Assembly (NCBI GenBank): GCA_028281365.1
Contig: JANQJZ010000044.1
Coordinates: 29,818 to 93,817, forward strand
Source: Gammaproteobacteria bacterium
GTDB lineage: Bacteria; Pseudomonadota; Gammaproteobacteria; Eutrophobiales; Eutrophobiaceae
Length of the DNA: 64,000 nucleotides
Direction: 5' to 3'
The notes below the pieces were generated by a model. It was given only the letters and a program-made list of their open reading frames with translations, was not told where the DNA came from and did no database searches. The position numbers and the translations under genes are program-made. Shown here piece after piece: positions 8,069 to 18,736 of this stretch; position 1 is the first letter of the stretch, and the number at the start of each line of letters is the position of its first letter.

Positions 8069-9085
8069 TTATCTAAAGCCTTTATTATTTATAAATTGCC
8101 ATGTTCTCATAATATGAAGAATATCTGTTTCATCCTTGATATGCTGTGGAAATGGAGCATATGGTGCAGCCAGTTCAACAATCCTAACCGCTGCATCATC
8201 CAGTATTTTTTCACCTGAAGATCTTCTTATTGTAATTTCATTGATAGAGCCATCAGCATTCAAGGCAACATCAAGAACCAGGCTGCCCGATAAATTTTGT
8301 TGCCTTGCTTTCTCCGGATAATTCAAATTACCAACGCGTTCTACCTTTGATCGCCATGCTTCCATATAAGCTGCATATTTATATTCTTTCGTCGTTGCCG
8401 AAATAAAAGTACGTCTTGGTCGTTTAGCCTTGGCTTCCATCTTGCGCCTGACCTCGGCGCTTAATGATGCGATCTTAAAACTATTAGTTAACAATTCAGT
8501 AGCCGATGGCATTTTTGGCTTTTTAATAGTTTCCTTTACTCTTGTCTTTTCCTTTACTGTATTTGGTTTGGTCTCTTTTGTTTTAATTTCTTTTTCTTCT
8601 GTAATTTTCTTTTCCTTTGCGGGTGTTTCAACTTTTTCAATTACCGGATCAGGACTTTTTTCATTTTCTACCGCTATTTTCTCAACTATCTCTTTTTTAA
8701 CGGGTTCGGGCTCCGGTACTTCCACTTCTGCCGCAACCGGTTCAGGTGGCTGTGGTGGCTGGGTTACGACAGGTGGTGGTGGTGTTATATTGGGTTCCGG
8801 GTCCGGGAATGGTGCTGGTAATGGTGCCGCAGGATTCAGAACTTCTTCAACATCTCCACCACCCTCGAGGCTTGCTTGCGCCAGCATGTCAGCTTCTTTA
8901 GGTTCCGGACTTTTTTGTTGAACAATTACGATCTCCATTGTGTCATAACGTGCCCGGGAACGATCCTCTTCTATAAATGTAATACCCAATATAACTATTG
9001 CATGAACTAATATGGCAATACTTAATGTCAAACCAAAACGATCAAATGGTGTAATTATCGGTTTAACTGCCTGAACTGTTGCCAC
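8069..9085 (-). CDS. tonB: Energy transducer TonB (TonB3-like)
   Basis: N-terminal TM with His, Pro-rich spacer, C-terminal domain (YPEKAR..RSSG..LDDAA); gshB-tonB-algH synteny as in Pseudomonas. Confidence 0.85.
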   Translation of the reverse strand: MATVQAVKPIITPFDRFGLTLSIAILVHAIVILGITFIEEDRSRARYDTMEIVIVQQKSPEPKEADMLAQASLEGGGDVEEVLNPAAPLPAPFPDPEPNITPPPPVVTQPPQPPEPVAAEVEVPEPEPVKKEIVEKIAVENEKSPDPVIEKVETPAKEKKITEEKEIKTKETKPNTVKEKTRVKETIKKPKMPSATELLTNSFKIASLSAEVRRKMEAKAKRPRRTFISATTKEYKYAAYMEAWRSKVERVGNLNYPEKARQQNLSGSLVLDVALNADGSINEITIRRSSGEKILDDAAVRIVELAAPYAPFPQHIKDETDILHIMRTWQFINNKGFR

Positions 9086-9162
9086 GGTGAAGCCTGCTAT
9101 TGAAGTACCTGGTGACGAAAAACATATTTTGTTTCACACATTAAGTTCATAAATTATTCAAA

Positions 9163-10110
9163 TTAACTTTTTCGTGTGTGCTTGATCAAAACATCCAGAA
9201 AATGACCGGCGATGTCGATATTATACAAATTTTCCAACTCTCGAATACAGGTTGGGCTTGTTACATTAATCTCGGTAAGATAATCACCAATGACATCAAT
9301 ACCGACAAATAACAAACCCATCTCCTGTAACCTGGGGCCAATTCTCTCGCAAATCCACCGATCACGAGCAGTTAATTCAACACCTTTACCTGTTCCGCCC
9401 TGTGCAAGGTTACCTCTTATTTCACCTTCAGCAGGTATTCTTGCCAATGCATAAGGAACCGGTTCTCCATCAATTAAAATAATACGCTTATCCCCTGCTG
9501 CAATTTCCGGTATAAATTGTTGCACCATTACATAATCAGTCCCATTGTTCGTTATCGTTTCAAGTATCACTTTTTGATTAGGATCAGAATCAGAAACCTT
9601 GAATATGTTTTCACCTGCCATACCATCTAATGGTTTGATGATCGTGTTTTTATGTTTCCGAATGAATTCAGACAGGATATCAATATCCTGACTTACCCGG
9701 GTTGGAACAATACAGTCACTAAAATGTGTAATAAAAAATTTTTCGTTAGCATTTCTTAATGCAGAAGGACTATTTACAATCAGGGTCCCAAGACGTTCTG
9801 CATGATCAAGGATATAGGTTGAATAAATATAATTCAGATTAAAAGGAGGATCCTTTCTCATTAGAATAATATCGAGAAAATCAAGCTGCTCATTCCGTAG
9901 TTCCGTTAATTCAAACCAGTTATCAGGATCGTCAAAAACCTTTAGCCGCTGCATCCTGGCCATAGGCATATCACTATTGATATATAGATCAGATATTTCC
10001 ATGTAATAGATTTCCCAATCACGTGACTGTGCCGCGAGTAACATGGCAAATGAGCTGTCTTTTTTAATATTGATCCCGTCAACAGGATCCATAATGATGC
10101 CTAATTTCAT
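9163..10110 (-). CDS. gshB: Glutathione synthetase
   Basis: MDP, MRKDPP, RGNLAQGG, EINVTSPT. Confidence 0.97.
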   Translation of the reverse strand: MKLGIIMDPVDGINIKKDSSFAMLLAAQSRDWEIYYMEISDLYINSDMPMARMQRLKVFDDPDNWFELTELRNEQLDFLDIILMRKDPPFNLNYIYSTYILDHAERLGTLIVNSPSALRNANEKFFITHFSDCIVPTRVSQDIDILSEFIRKHKNTIIKPLDGMAGENIFKVSDSDPNQKVILETITNNGTDYVMVQQFIPEIAAGDKRIILIDGEPVPYALARIPAEGEIRGNLAQGGTGKGVELTARDRWICERIGPRLQEMGLLFVGIDVIGDYLTEINVTSPTCIRELENLYNIDIAGHFLDVLIKHTRKS

Positions 10111-10211
10111 AGTAAATTTACTTGATTAATAAATAACTTTCCCAATCATTGTTAAAGTGTATCATTAAGGCAGTATGTTTTAATCATTTAGACACTTCAA
10201 TTTTTAAAAAA

Positions 10212-11132
10212 GTGAACCAACTCAAGATTGCAACTCGTAATAGCCCACTTGCCCTCTGGCAAGCCGAGCATGTAAAACAAAGATTAATTCAGATTCATCC
10301 CAATCTGGATGTCGAACTGGTAGGCATTCAAACTGAAGGTGATCGTTTTCTTGAGGCACCATTGGTAGCGGTAGGTGGTAAGGGCCTATTTATTAAAGAA
10401 CTGGAACAATCTCTTTTGGATAACAAGGCAGATATTGCTGTGCATTCCATGAAGGATGTAACTATTGATTTACCGGAGAAGCTTATATTACCTGTTATAT
10501 TAAAAAGAGAGGATGCCCGTGATGTACTTATAAGCAGGAAATACGGTAGTTTAAAAAACATGGCAGAGGGAAGTATCGTCGGAACGTCAAGTTTACGACG
10601 ACAGTCGCAAATTCGGGCAATTCGTCCGGATCTTGAATTAAAGGATCTTCGGGGCAATGTAGGTACCCGATTACGTAAACTGGAAAATAATGAATATGAT
10701 GCAATCATCCTTGCCGCCGCCGGAATTAACAGATTGGGTTTATCTGAAATAATTACAGAATATATTCCCCCGACTGAATTATTACCGGCAATAGGACAAG
10801 GTGCGATCGGTATTGAGTGCAGGCTTAATGATCCAGATGTTTTCGATCTAATCAACCCTTTAAATGATCACGAGACAGCACTTTGTGTGCAGACTGAACG
10901 TTCTTTCAGTGCATGTTTATATGGTGGTTGTCAGCTTCCTATTGCTGGACATGCTTCAATTTCAGGAAATGAAATTAAACTTGTCGGCTTGGTAGCACGG
11001 CTTGATGGTAGTGAATTAATTATATCTGAACATAAAGGCAGCATTAACGAAACTGATGCGATTGGTATTACATTGGCCGAGTCATTACTTGAGCGCGGGG
11101 CAGATGAAATTCTTAAAGAATTAGTACATTAA
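10212..11132 (+). CDS. hemC: Porphobilinogen deaminase
   Basis: IATRNSPLALWQA, GGKGLF, VHSMKD, GTSSLRR; start set at GTG 10212. Confidence 0.96.
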   Translation: MNQLKIATRNSPLALWQAEHVKQRLIQIHPNLDVELVGIQTEGDRFLEAPLVAVGGKGLFIKELEQSLLDNKADIAVHSMKDVTIDLPEKLILPVILKREDARDVLISRKYGSLKNMAEGSIVGTSSLRRQSQIRAIRPDLELKDLRGNVGTRLRKLENNEYDAIILAAAGINRLGLSEIITEYIPPTELLPAIGQGAIGIECRLNDPDVFDLINPLNDHETALCVQTERSFSACLYGGCQLPIAGHASISGNEIKLVGLVARLDGSELIISEHKGSINETDAIGITLAESLLERGADEILKELVH

Positions 11133-11936
11133 ATGATGAAAACTGCTTTGAAATTGCTGGATAAGCGTATCATGGTGACCCGTCCTGCTGCACAATCAGA
11201 AAAATTATGTCCTTTAATTTCAATCAACGGTGGAGATGTAATTTTATTTCCTACAATAGAAATTAAGGAAGTATCCAAAACTGACGAACTTAAAAATTGT
11301 TTTAATGATATTGAAAATTATGACTATATGATATTTATTAGTCGCAATGCAGTTACTACTGCATTCAAATCGTACCTTACAAATATAAAATTTCCTGAGC
11401 GGCTAAAATTCATTGCCATCGGTCCCGGCACCGGTAATATACTCAATGAGACCGGTATACCTGATGTTATCATCCCGGAGAACCGCTACGATAGTGAATC
11501 ACTTTTGCAATTATCAATACTCCATGAGGAAAATGTTCGAGAAAAAAATATACTTATTGTTAAAGGTATCGGCGGTCGTAATTTAATAGAAGACACCCTG
11601 ACTCAACGTGGTGCAAATATTAGTTGCGCAGAAATTTATGAACGTTGCATACCAACTTATAATGACGATGCTATTGACGAAATTTGGCAAGATAATAAAC
11701 CTGATATAATTATCGTAACAAGTAATGATGGACTGGATAATTTGGTAACGCTGACACATGATCACTGGAAGACTTCATTATTCAATACCCCATTAGTAAC
11801 CATGTCAGACAGAATGATTACTCTTGCAAAAGAACGAGGTTTTGTCTCAGGGTTAGCAATTGCACCGGATAAAACTGATGAAGGACTGTTGTCTGCATTA
11901 TTAGAACTGGTGGAGATGGAACATAATGACAAATGA
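11133..11936 (+). CDS. hemD: Uroporphyrinogen-III synthase
   Basis: VTRP, FISRNAV, AIGPGT, YER; hemCDXY order. Confidence 0.92.
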   Translation: MMKTALKLLDKRIMVTRPAAQSEKLCPLISINGGDVILFPTIEIKEVSKTDELKNCFNDIENYDYMIFISRNAVTTAFKSYLTNIKFPERLKFIAIGPGTGNILNETGIPDVIIPENRYDSESLLQLSILHEENVREKNILIVKGIGGRNLIEDTLTQRGANISCAEIYERCIPTYNDDAIDEIWQDNKPDIIIVTSNDGLDNLVTLTHDHWKTSLFNTPLVTMSDRMITLAKERGFVSGLAIAPDKTDEGLLSALLELVEMEHNDK

Positions 11937-13005
11937 GTTAGATAAAAAGGCATCTAATAAATCGCCGGTTAAAGGAGGAAAAACAGATGAAAAAAAAACT
12001 GAAGAAGTTAACAATAAAAAAATATATTTTGTCATTCCTGCATTGTTGGTATTAATTATAATTTTTAGTTTTCTTTACTTTAATAATCAAATTTCTAATC
12101 TAAAACAACAGCTAGTAAGTTCTGAAAATAGACACAAGTTATCTCTACAGAATATTGATGATCAAATCACGAATACCAGGTCACATCTTGCCTCGATTGA
12201 AAAAAATCTGGACGAGATAGAATTAAAACAGGATGTCCTTGCAAACAGCCTGTCAGAACCGGAAAAACAACAAATACATATCAATAAGGATTATGCGCTG
12301 GCGGAAATTGAACACCTGCTGATCATTGCCAGTTACAACCTGGAATTGGACCATAACATTGAAGCTGCACTGTCTGCAATGGAATCTGCAGACAAACGTT
12401 TGGCGGGATTTGATGACCCCAACATTTTAAATGTTCGTGAGCAACTAATTACTGATATCAATCAACTCCGATCAGTAAACCAGTCAGATCTTGGTGGCCT
12501 CGGTTTGTTTCTTTCAGATTTAATAAGCCGTGTAGATTATTTACCACTGAAGGAAGATGTTGTTATAGAAAATAACAAGGATAATATTCAAAATTCCTCT
12601 TCCACTGAAACAAAATCTTTTTTTAAACTCATTTGGCATGAAATAAAAAGTCTCGTCATCATTACTCGTGATGAAGATGTAGGCAGAGCAAGATTAATTC
12701 CGGAAGAAATATATTTTCTTCGAGCAAATATAAAACTCGAATTAGCAAATGCACGATTTGCCGTTTTTAACAGGGACACAAAAAATCTGCATGCATCTGT
12801 TGAACATATACAAACATGGTTGAATGAATACTTTGATTTATCCGATGCAGGTGTACAGAACATTCATGATTCATTAACCCGTATGAAAAAACTGGAACTG
12901 GATTTTCCTGAAGTAGATATCAATTCTTCTCTTGAATCTGTCCGTGCATTCATCCGCCACCAGAATGAATTAAATGAACCGGATAATATGAGTGATATAC
13001 AATAA
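11926..13005 (+). CDS. hemX: HemX family membrane protein
   Basis: N-terminal TM, coiled coil, LAEIEHLL; operon position. Confidence 0.85.
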   Translation: MTNELDKKASNKSPVKGGKTDEKKTEEVNNKKIYFVIPALLVLIIIFSFLYFNNQISNLKQQLVSSENRHKLSLQNIDDQITNTRSHLASIEKNLDEIELKQDVLANSLSEPEKQQIHINKDYALAEIEHLLIIASYNLELDHNIEAALSAMESADKRLAGFDDPNILNVREQLITDINQLRSVNQSDLGGLGLFLSDLISRVDYLPLKEDVVIENNKDNIQNSSSTETKSFFKLIWHEIKSLVIITRDEDVGRARLIPEEIYFLRANIKLELANARFAVFNRDTKNLHASVEHIQTWLNEYFDLSDAGVQNIHDSLTRMKKLELDFPEVDINSSLESVRAFIRHQNELNEPDNMSDIQ

Positions 13006-13010
13006 CTGCA

Positions 13011-14201
13011 ATGAAATTATTAATTACAAGTCTGATTGCACTATTAGTCGCCGTAATCATTGGTTCTATAGCCGGCTCGGATACCGGTTATGTGATGTTA
13101 AACATTTCGGGCTGGACGATACAAACCAGTGCAACTTTATTCGTAACTATTCTGTTTTTAGGTTTTATTCTGATTTATTTAATAGTTCGTAGCATAGTCC
13201 GTTTTATTCAAATGCCACAAGATATAAGAATCTGGCGTAAACACAGGCATCAACGTCGTGCGGAAAAATATCTTACTGAAGGACTGCTACACATGACCGA
13301 AGGTCGCTGGAGACAGGCTGAACGGGATTTTTGTAGGGCTGCCCCGTACAGTCGTGCCCCTCATGTTAATTACCTCTGTGCAGCCAGGGCTGCCCAGGAG
13401 TCAGGAGCAATAGATAAACGTGATGATTATTTGCGGCTTGCCTATCAAAATAATCCTGAAGCGAGTGTTGCTGTTGGGATTACCCAGGCGGAGTTACAGT
13501 TAAATCAGCAACAAACTGAACAAGCCCTGGCCACACTAAAACATTTACAACATAAACAACCCGAACAAAACCAGGTAAGACAGCTACTATTAAGTACTTA
13601 TACAGATTTAAATGATTGGCAATCTGTTATAAAACTTCTTCCTTCGATAAAAAAAACCGGTTTATATACACGTGAACAACTGGAATCGAAACAACTGGAA
13701 GCTTATTCGGGACTATTAAAAGATGCAGGAAATTTAAATAACCTGGATAAACTAAATAAAACCTGGAACGATACACCGAGCAAACTGAAACGACATTTTT
13801 ATTTAATAGAGGTCTATGTTACTGAGCGACTACGATTCGAAGATACCAGTGACTGTGAAGTGCTTATCAGGACAGCATTGAAACAGCGCTGGGATCATAT
13901 GCTTGTACGTCTATATGGTTTAATTATTTCAACGGACCTGAACAAACAGCTTACCACTGCCGAAAATTGGTTAACTAACCATACTCGTGACCCCATCCTG
14001 TTATTAACACTGGGCAGAATATGCATGAATAATCATCTTTGGGGTAAAGCAAGGAACTATTTGCAGGAAAGTATTAATATTCAGCCAAATCCTGAAGCAT
14101 ATTACGAATATGCAAAACTACACGAGCATGAGGGAAGTCCTGAAAACGCAGCTGTGTGTTATGAAAAAGGATTAACTCTCGCTACAGGTTTGAGTGAATA
14201 G
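13011..14201 (+). CDS. hemY: HemY-N/TPR heme biosynthesis-associated protein
   Basis: DTGYV, two TM helices, EGRW..AE, TPRs, LWGKAR. Confidence 0.9.
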   Translation: MKLLITSLIALLVAVIIGSIAGSDTGYVMLNISGWTIQTSATLFVTILFLGFILIYLIVRSIVRFIQMPQDIRIWRKHRHQRRAEKYLTEGLLHMTEGRWRQAERDFCRAAPYSRAPHVNYLCAARAAQESGAIDKRDDYLRLAYQNNPEASVAVGITQAELQLNQQQTEQALATLKHLQHKQPEQNQVRQLLLSTYTDLNDWQSVIKLLPSIKKTGLYTREQLESKQLEAYSGLLKDAGNLNNLDKLNKTWNDTPSKLKRHFYLIEVYVTERLRFEDTSDCEVLIRTALKQRWDHMLVRLYGLIISTDLNKQLTTAENWLTNHTRDPILLLTLGRICMNNHLWGKARNYLQESINIQPNPEAYYEYAKLHEHEGSPENAAVCYEKGLTLATGLSE

Positions 14202-14206
14202 ATAAA

Positions 14207-15217
14207 TCAATTTATCGCAAATTCAAATGAATCCGAAAAAAACTGTTCCATTACAAGACCACGATCAGGAAATGATTCAGATATTGCCTTGATCATAGGT
14301 GGTGGCCCGCACGCGTAAACATCGTATTCAGAAAGATCCTTATAATCTTGTAAGACTGCTTCATGTACAAAACCGGTTTTGCCTGACCATCCATTTATAC
14401 TTTCTATTTCAGACAATACAGGAATATAGTTGATATGGGTGTATCTATCTGACCAATCTTTAACCAGCTTATTCAGGTAAAGATCTTGCTCTTTTCTTAC
14501 ACCCCAATAGATATTGATATTACGTTTATCATTGTTTTTTAAGGCATATTCCACGAGACTCTTTATAGGAGCAAAACCTGTTCCCCCGGCAATCATTATG
14601 ATTGGACGCTCTGATTTATATAATGTGAACTGACCTAACGGACCTTCAATACGTAATACGGTTTTTTCCTTCAGCTCATTGAAGGCATATTCAGAAAACA
14701 AACCACCATCATAATGCCGTATATGTAATTCAAGCAGTTGATCCTCGTGTGGAGGGTTGGCTAGTGAAAAAGATCGCCGTTTACCATCCCGTAAAATAAT
14801 ATCTATGTATTGACCGGCTAAAAACTGTAATCTTTCTGTTTTAGGCAATTCTAATAACAGCTTAATAACATCATGACTCAGTTTCTCACAAGTATTAACA
14901 CGACAAGGTAATTGTCTAAGTTCTATATCAGCAGTCGTATTAATACTACGAGCTTTTATTATTAGATCACTTTCAGCATTAGCCTGGCATAACAATGCAA
15001 ATTTTTGCTTTTTTTCCAAATCGGATATGCCATCGGGATTACCAAGTGGATAAATATATTCACCCGCTATAATTTTTGCTTTACATGAACCACATGCGCC
15101 GTTACGACATCCATAGGGTAAATTATGGCCTTGCCTTAATGCAGCTTCAAGTATGGGTTCACCCTCTTCTACCATGAAGAATGAATCATTATCGTGGAAT
15201 TGAACTTTAAAAGACAT
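14207..15217 (-). CDS. 2Fe-2S ferredoxin-NAD(P)H reductase (AscD/Fre-like)
   Basis: CRNGACGSC, RRSFSLAN, AGGTGFAP, YACGPP. Confidence 0.9.
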   Translation of the reverse strand: MSFKVQFHDNDSFFMVEEGEPILEAALRQGHNLPYGCRNGACGSCKAKIIAGEYIYPLGNPDGISDLEKKQKFALLCQANAESDLIIKARSINTTADIELRQLPCRVNTCEKLSHDVIKLLLELPKTERLQFLAGQYIDIILRDGKRRSFSLANPPHEDQLLELHIRHYDGGLFSEYAFNELKEKTVLRIEGPLGQFTLYKSERPIIMIAGGTGFAPIKSLVEYALKNNDKRNINIYWGVRKEQDLYLNKLVKDWSDRYTHINYIPVLSEIESINGWSGKTGFVHEAVLQDYKDLSEYDVYACGPPPMIKAISESFPDRGLVMEQFFSDSFEFAIN

Positions 15218-15245
15218 GGAAAATATTCACTTATAATTTTTACAA

Positions 15246-15905
15246 TTATCGGGAAGGAATACTTCTTTGACTTGATAACCAACGTAATAAAGGTTCCCAT
15301 TGTTCACGGTCATAATAAGTTTTAGAAGGAGCAAGCTCGAAAATACTCAAGCCTTTTTCTGCAGCACGAATATAATTCTGACTTGCACGTAACATGGTTA
15401 TAAAAGGTAACTTTTTACCATTAGGTAATTTTAAAGTATCAAGATAATATTCAAGTCTTGCGGCAATTAACGTATCTTCCCTTACTCTATTAGCAACGGT
15501 AGCAATTTTAATCCTGTTATTAAGTGTGCCTTTAAATGAAAAGATTTGTTTCATAAAACGTTCAGCTGCACGTATATCTATCGGAGAAGCTATCACAGGC
15601 ACTACCATTGTTTGTGCCTGGGCAATAAATTTCTTTAATCGTTTATCTTTTAAACCTGCAGGGGTATCCATGATCAAAATTTCAGTTTTATCCGGGATCT
15701 TTAATCCTTCTTTTTTTAAAACTGCACCATTTATCAAACTATGCGTTTTTGGACGTAAAGAAAGCCAATCACGACTGGAACCCTGTGGATCACAATCTGC
15801 TAATGTAACAACCTTGCCTTGTAGAGAAAAATAACCGGCAATATTTGTTGCTAATGTACTTTTACCACTTCCACCTTTTGGATTTAAAACTAATATTATC
15901 CGCAT
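15246..15905 (-). CDS. ParA-family ATPase (orphan, short type)
   Basis: NPKGGSGKST deviant Walker A, DCDPQGS, DTPAG. Confidence 0.88.
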   Translation of the reverse strand: MRIILVLNPKGGSGKSTLATNIAGYFSLQGKVVTLADCDPQGSSRDWLSLRPKTHSLINGAVLKKEGLKIPDKTEILIMDTPAGLKDKRLKKFIAQAQTMVVPVIASPIDIRAAERFMKQIFSFKGTLNNRIKIATVANRVREDTLIAARLEYYLDTLKLPNGKKLPFITMLRASQNYIRAAEKGLSIFELAPSKTYYDREQWEPLLRWLSSQRSIPSR

Positions 15906-15953
15906 TAGATTTAATATTACTTAGCGTAACGTCTCCCTGGTTAGATTTTAATT

Positions 15954-16826
15954 TTATTTATTTTTATGTTCCATTAGGTCATTTATTACAGGTAGCAATA
16001 TTAGTTGCATTGCAAATACTTTTTTACCTGCTGGAACAACTATTGTATCCGGACTCGACATCGACGATCCGCCGAGCATTTCCAACAAATGGCGAAAATC
16101 GACATCTATCTTTTCGCGATTACGAACATGTATCACACTATAACTTTCGTCATTACTTGGAACATAATCGGTTGCAAATGGATTAGATGTATCAATAGTC
16201 GGTACACGCTGAAAATTTATGTCTGTGCGCGAAAACTGTGGCGTAATATAGTTAACATAATCATACATGCGACTTAATATCAGTTTCGTTGCATCTTCAG
16301 AACTATAACCCCGGATGGCCCGATCACGATGGATCTTTTGCATCCATTCCAGGTTAATAATCGGTGTTTCTCCAATTAATAAATCTACATGTTGTGCTAC
16401 ATTAACAGTATCTGTAACAACTCCCCCATGTAATCCTTCATAAAAAAGTAAATCGGTACCTTCTTCTAACGGTTCCCAGGCAGTTAGTGTCCCTGGCGGA
16501 TGTCCGTGTTGTGAGGCCTCTTTTTCATCATGTACATAAAAACGACGTTGTCCCGTCCCGGTTTCTCCATATGATTTAAATAATTCCTCCAGTTCTTCAA
16601 ACAAGTTTCCTTCCGGCCCGAAATGGGTCAGGTTTTGCCCCTGTTCCTCAGCCTCTGCACTGAGCTTATCCATTTCAGCCCGGTTATATCTGTGAAAACA
16701 ATCGCCTTCAATTACCGCCGCTTTAATACCATTTTTTCGAAACATGTATTCAAACGCGTCTTTCGCGATGCTGGTTCCAGCACCGGATGATCCCGTTACA
16801 GCAATTATCGGATGTTTGGCTGACAT
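15954..16826 (-). CDS. prkB: Phosphoribulokinase (proteobacterial type)
   Basis: MSAKHPIIAVTGSSGAGT, EGDCFH, YEGLHG, FQRVPTIDTSNPF. Confidence 0.95.
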   Translation of the reverse strand: MSAKHPIIAVTGSSGAGTSIAKDAFEYMFRKNGIKAAVIEGDCFHRYNRAEMDKLSAEAEEQGQNLTHFGPEGNLFEELEELFKSYGETGTGQRRFYVHDEKEASQHGHPPGTLTAWEPLEEGTDLLFYEGLHGGVVTDTVNVAQHVDLLIGETPIINLEWMQKIHRDRAIRGYSSEDATKLILSRMYDYVNYITPQFSRTDINFQRVPTIDTSNPFATDYVPSNDESYSVIHVRNREKIDVDFRHLLEMLGGSSMSSPDTIVVPAGKKVFAMQLILLPVINDLMEHKNK

Positions 16827-16941
16827 TACGTTTACTTTAACCTCAGTTGAATCATGGAGTTAATATTATCCATGCATTGCACTATTCCATCTGCACGGGC
16901 ATTATAAGACATATAACACGCTGATTTACAAGAGGATTAAC

Positions 16942-18711
16942 TTGAACTCTGCAATTTACTCGGATATTTCGTTGTATCGAAGATTATTGAGATATGTAAT
17001 CCCATACTGGCGTGTGTTTATACTTTCGATAATTTGTATGGTCGTATTGGCTATAACTGATCCCGCTATACCGGCATTGATGCAACCCTTATTGAATGGG
17101 GCATTTATAGAAAAAGATCCGGCCACGATTGCAATCATGCCTTTTCTATTTATTGCACTTTTTCTTGTTCGTGGTATTGCCTCCTATGTAGGAAGCACAT
17201 CACTTGATTGGGTTGCTCATAAAGTCATCATGGATTTACGTTTGGCTATGTTTGATCGTTTTATCGATTATCCAGCCAGTTTTTTTGACGATAATCGCTC
17301 CGGAAATTTTATGTCGCGTTTTACATATGATGTCACACAAATTAAAGAAGCATCTACAAATGCTATTACTACATTAATTCGTGATTCTTTATCAGTCATA
17401 GGTTTACTTGCCTGGATGTTTTATATCGATTGGGTTTTGGCATTGATATGTATGCTTGGTGCGCCAGTTATAGGAATATTGATCACTATAATTCGTAGAC
17501 GTCTTCGAAAGATGAGTAGCAAAGTGCAGGATACTATGGGTGATATTCATCATGTACTCGCTGAATGTTTTGATGCACATAAAATAATCAAGTTACATGA
17601 CGGTAAGGATATTGAAAAGGAACGCTTTCATAATACTGTAAATTCTCACCGAAAATTCAGCATGAAATTTATTATGGCTGCAACGGCGACCAGCCCGATG
17701 GTTCAGATTATAACGGCTGTTATATTGGCCTGTATTATTTACATTACTACCCAGCAAGCTTCTGCGAATCCATTATTAGTTGGCGATTTTGTTTCTTTCT
17801 TTGCTGCCGTTGCAATGTTGTTAGGACCATTAAAGCGTTTAGCCGGATTAAATGAACATATACAAAAAGGACTTGCCGCCTGTGAAAGTGTCTTTGCATT
17901 ACTCGATACAGAAATTGAAACCCAATCCGGAATAAAAGAACTCCAGAGTCCTGCTGGTAAAATTTCATTTCAATCTGTCACTTATCGCTATCCAGGAACA
18001 GAATCTGATGCTTTAGATTCAATTTCTTTTGATATTAAACCCGGGGAAACAGTTGCATTAGTAGGTGAATCGGGGAGCGGGAAAACCACACTGGCTAATC
18101 TGATCCCGAGATTTTATGAACTTAAATCCGGTTCTATTTATTATGATGATATTAATATAAAAGAGCTATCACTTACGAATTTACGTAAAAATATCGCTTA
18201 TGTAAGTCAGGATGTTATCTTATTCAATGATTCTGTTAAAAACAATATCGCATACGGTGATCTTAAAGATGCTTCAGATCAGGAAATTTGGGCTGCAGCT
18301 GAATCTGCATGCGCAACAGAATTCATAAATCAGTTACCGGATAAAATGAATACGATAATTGGTGAAGACGGGACACGTTTATCTGGTGGACAAAGACAGC
18401 GTTTGGCAATCGCGCGTGCGTTACTGAAAGACACAAGACTTTTAATTCTTGATGAAGCTACTTCTTCACTGGATACACGATCAGAAAAACATATACAGTC
18501 CGCTCTGGAAAATGTTAAAAAAGGTAGAACGAGCCTGATAATTGCCCATCGATTATCTACAATAGAAAATGCTGACCATATAATTGTTTTAGATAAGGGT
18601 CGCATTGTAGAACAGGGAAGTCATAAAGAATTATTAAATTTACAAAATAATTATGCTCGCTTATATCAGGTACAATTTTGTGAGCAAGATCCATCTGATA
18701 TTGAAAACTAA
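16942..18711 (+). CDS. msbA: Lipid A export ABC transporter
   Basis: TM domain plus GESGSGKT, LSGGQRQR, LDEATSSLD. Confidence 0.88.
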   Translation: MNSAIYSDISLYRRLLRYVIPYWRVFILSIICMVVLAITDPAIPALMQPLLNGAFIEKDPATIAIMPFLFIALFLVRGIASYVGSTSLDWVAHKVIMDLRLAMFDRFIDYPASFFDDNRSGNFMSRFTYDVTQIKEASTNAITTLIRDSLSVIGLLAWMFYIDWVLALICMLGAPVIGILITIIRRRLRKMSSKVQDTMGDIHHVLAECFDAHKIIKLHDGKDIEKERFHNTVNSHRKFSMKFIMAATATSPMVQIITAVILACIIYITTQQASANPLLVGDFVSFFAAVAMLLGPLKRLAGLNEHIQKGLAACESVFALLDTEIETQSGIKELQSPAGKISFQSVTYRYPGTESDALDSISFDIKPGETVALVGESGSGKTTLANLIPRFYELKSGSIYYDDINIKELSLTNLRKNIAYVSQDVILFNDSVKNNIAYGDLKDASDQEIWAAAESACATEFINQLPDKMNTIIGEDGTRLSGGQRQRLAIARALLKDTRLLILDEATSSLDTRSEKHIQSALENVKKGRTSLIIAHRLSTIENADHIIVLDKGRIVEQGSHKELLNLQNNYARLYQVQFCEQDPSDIEN

Positions 18712-18736
18712 CTCAAGCAGATAAATTTATCTGGTT

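Noticed and set aside
8430-8921. 163-aa plus-strand ORF
   Set aside because: Antisense shadow of the low-complexity Pro/Lys/Glu region of tonB.
10328-10855. 175-aa minus-strand ORF
   Set aside because: Antisense shadow of hemC with no recognisable motifs; the same applies to the other short ORFs nested in housekeeping genes.
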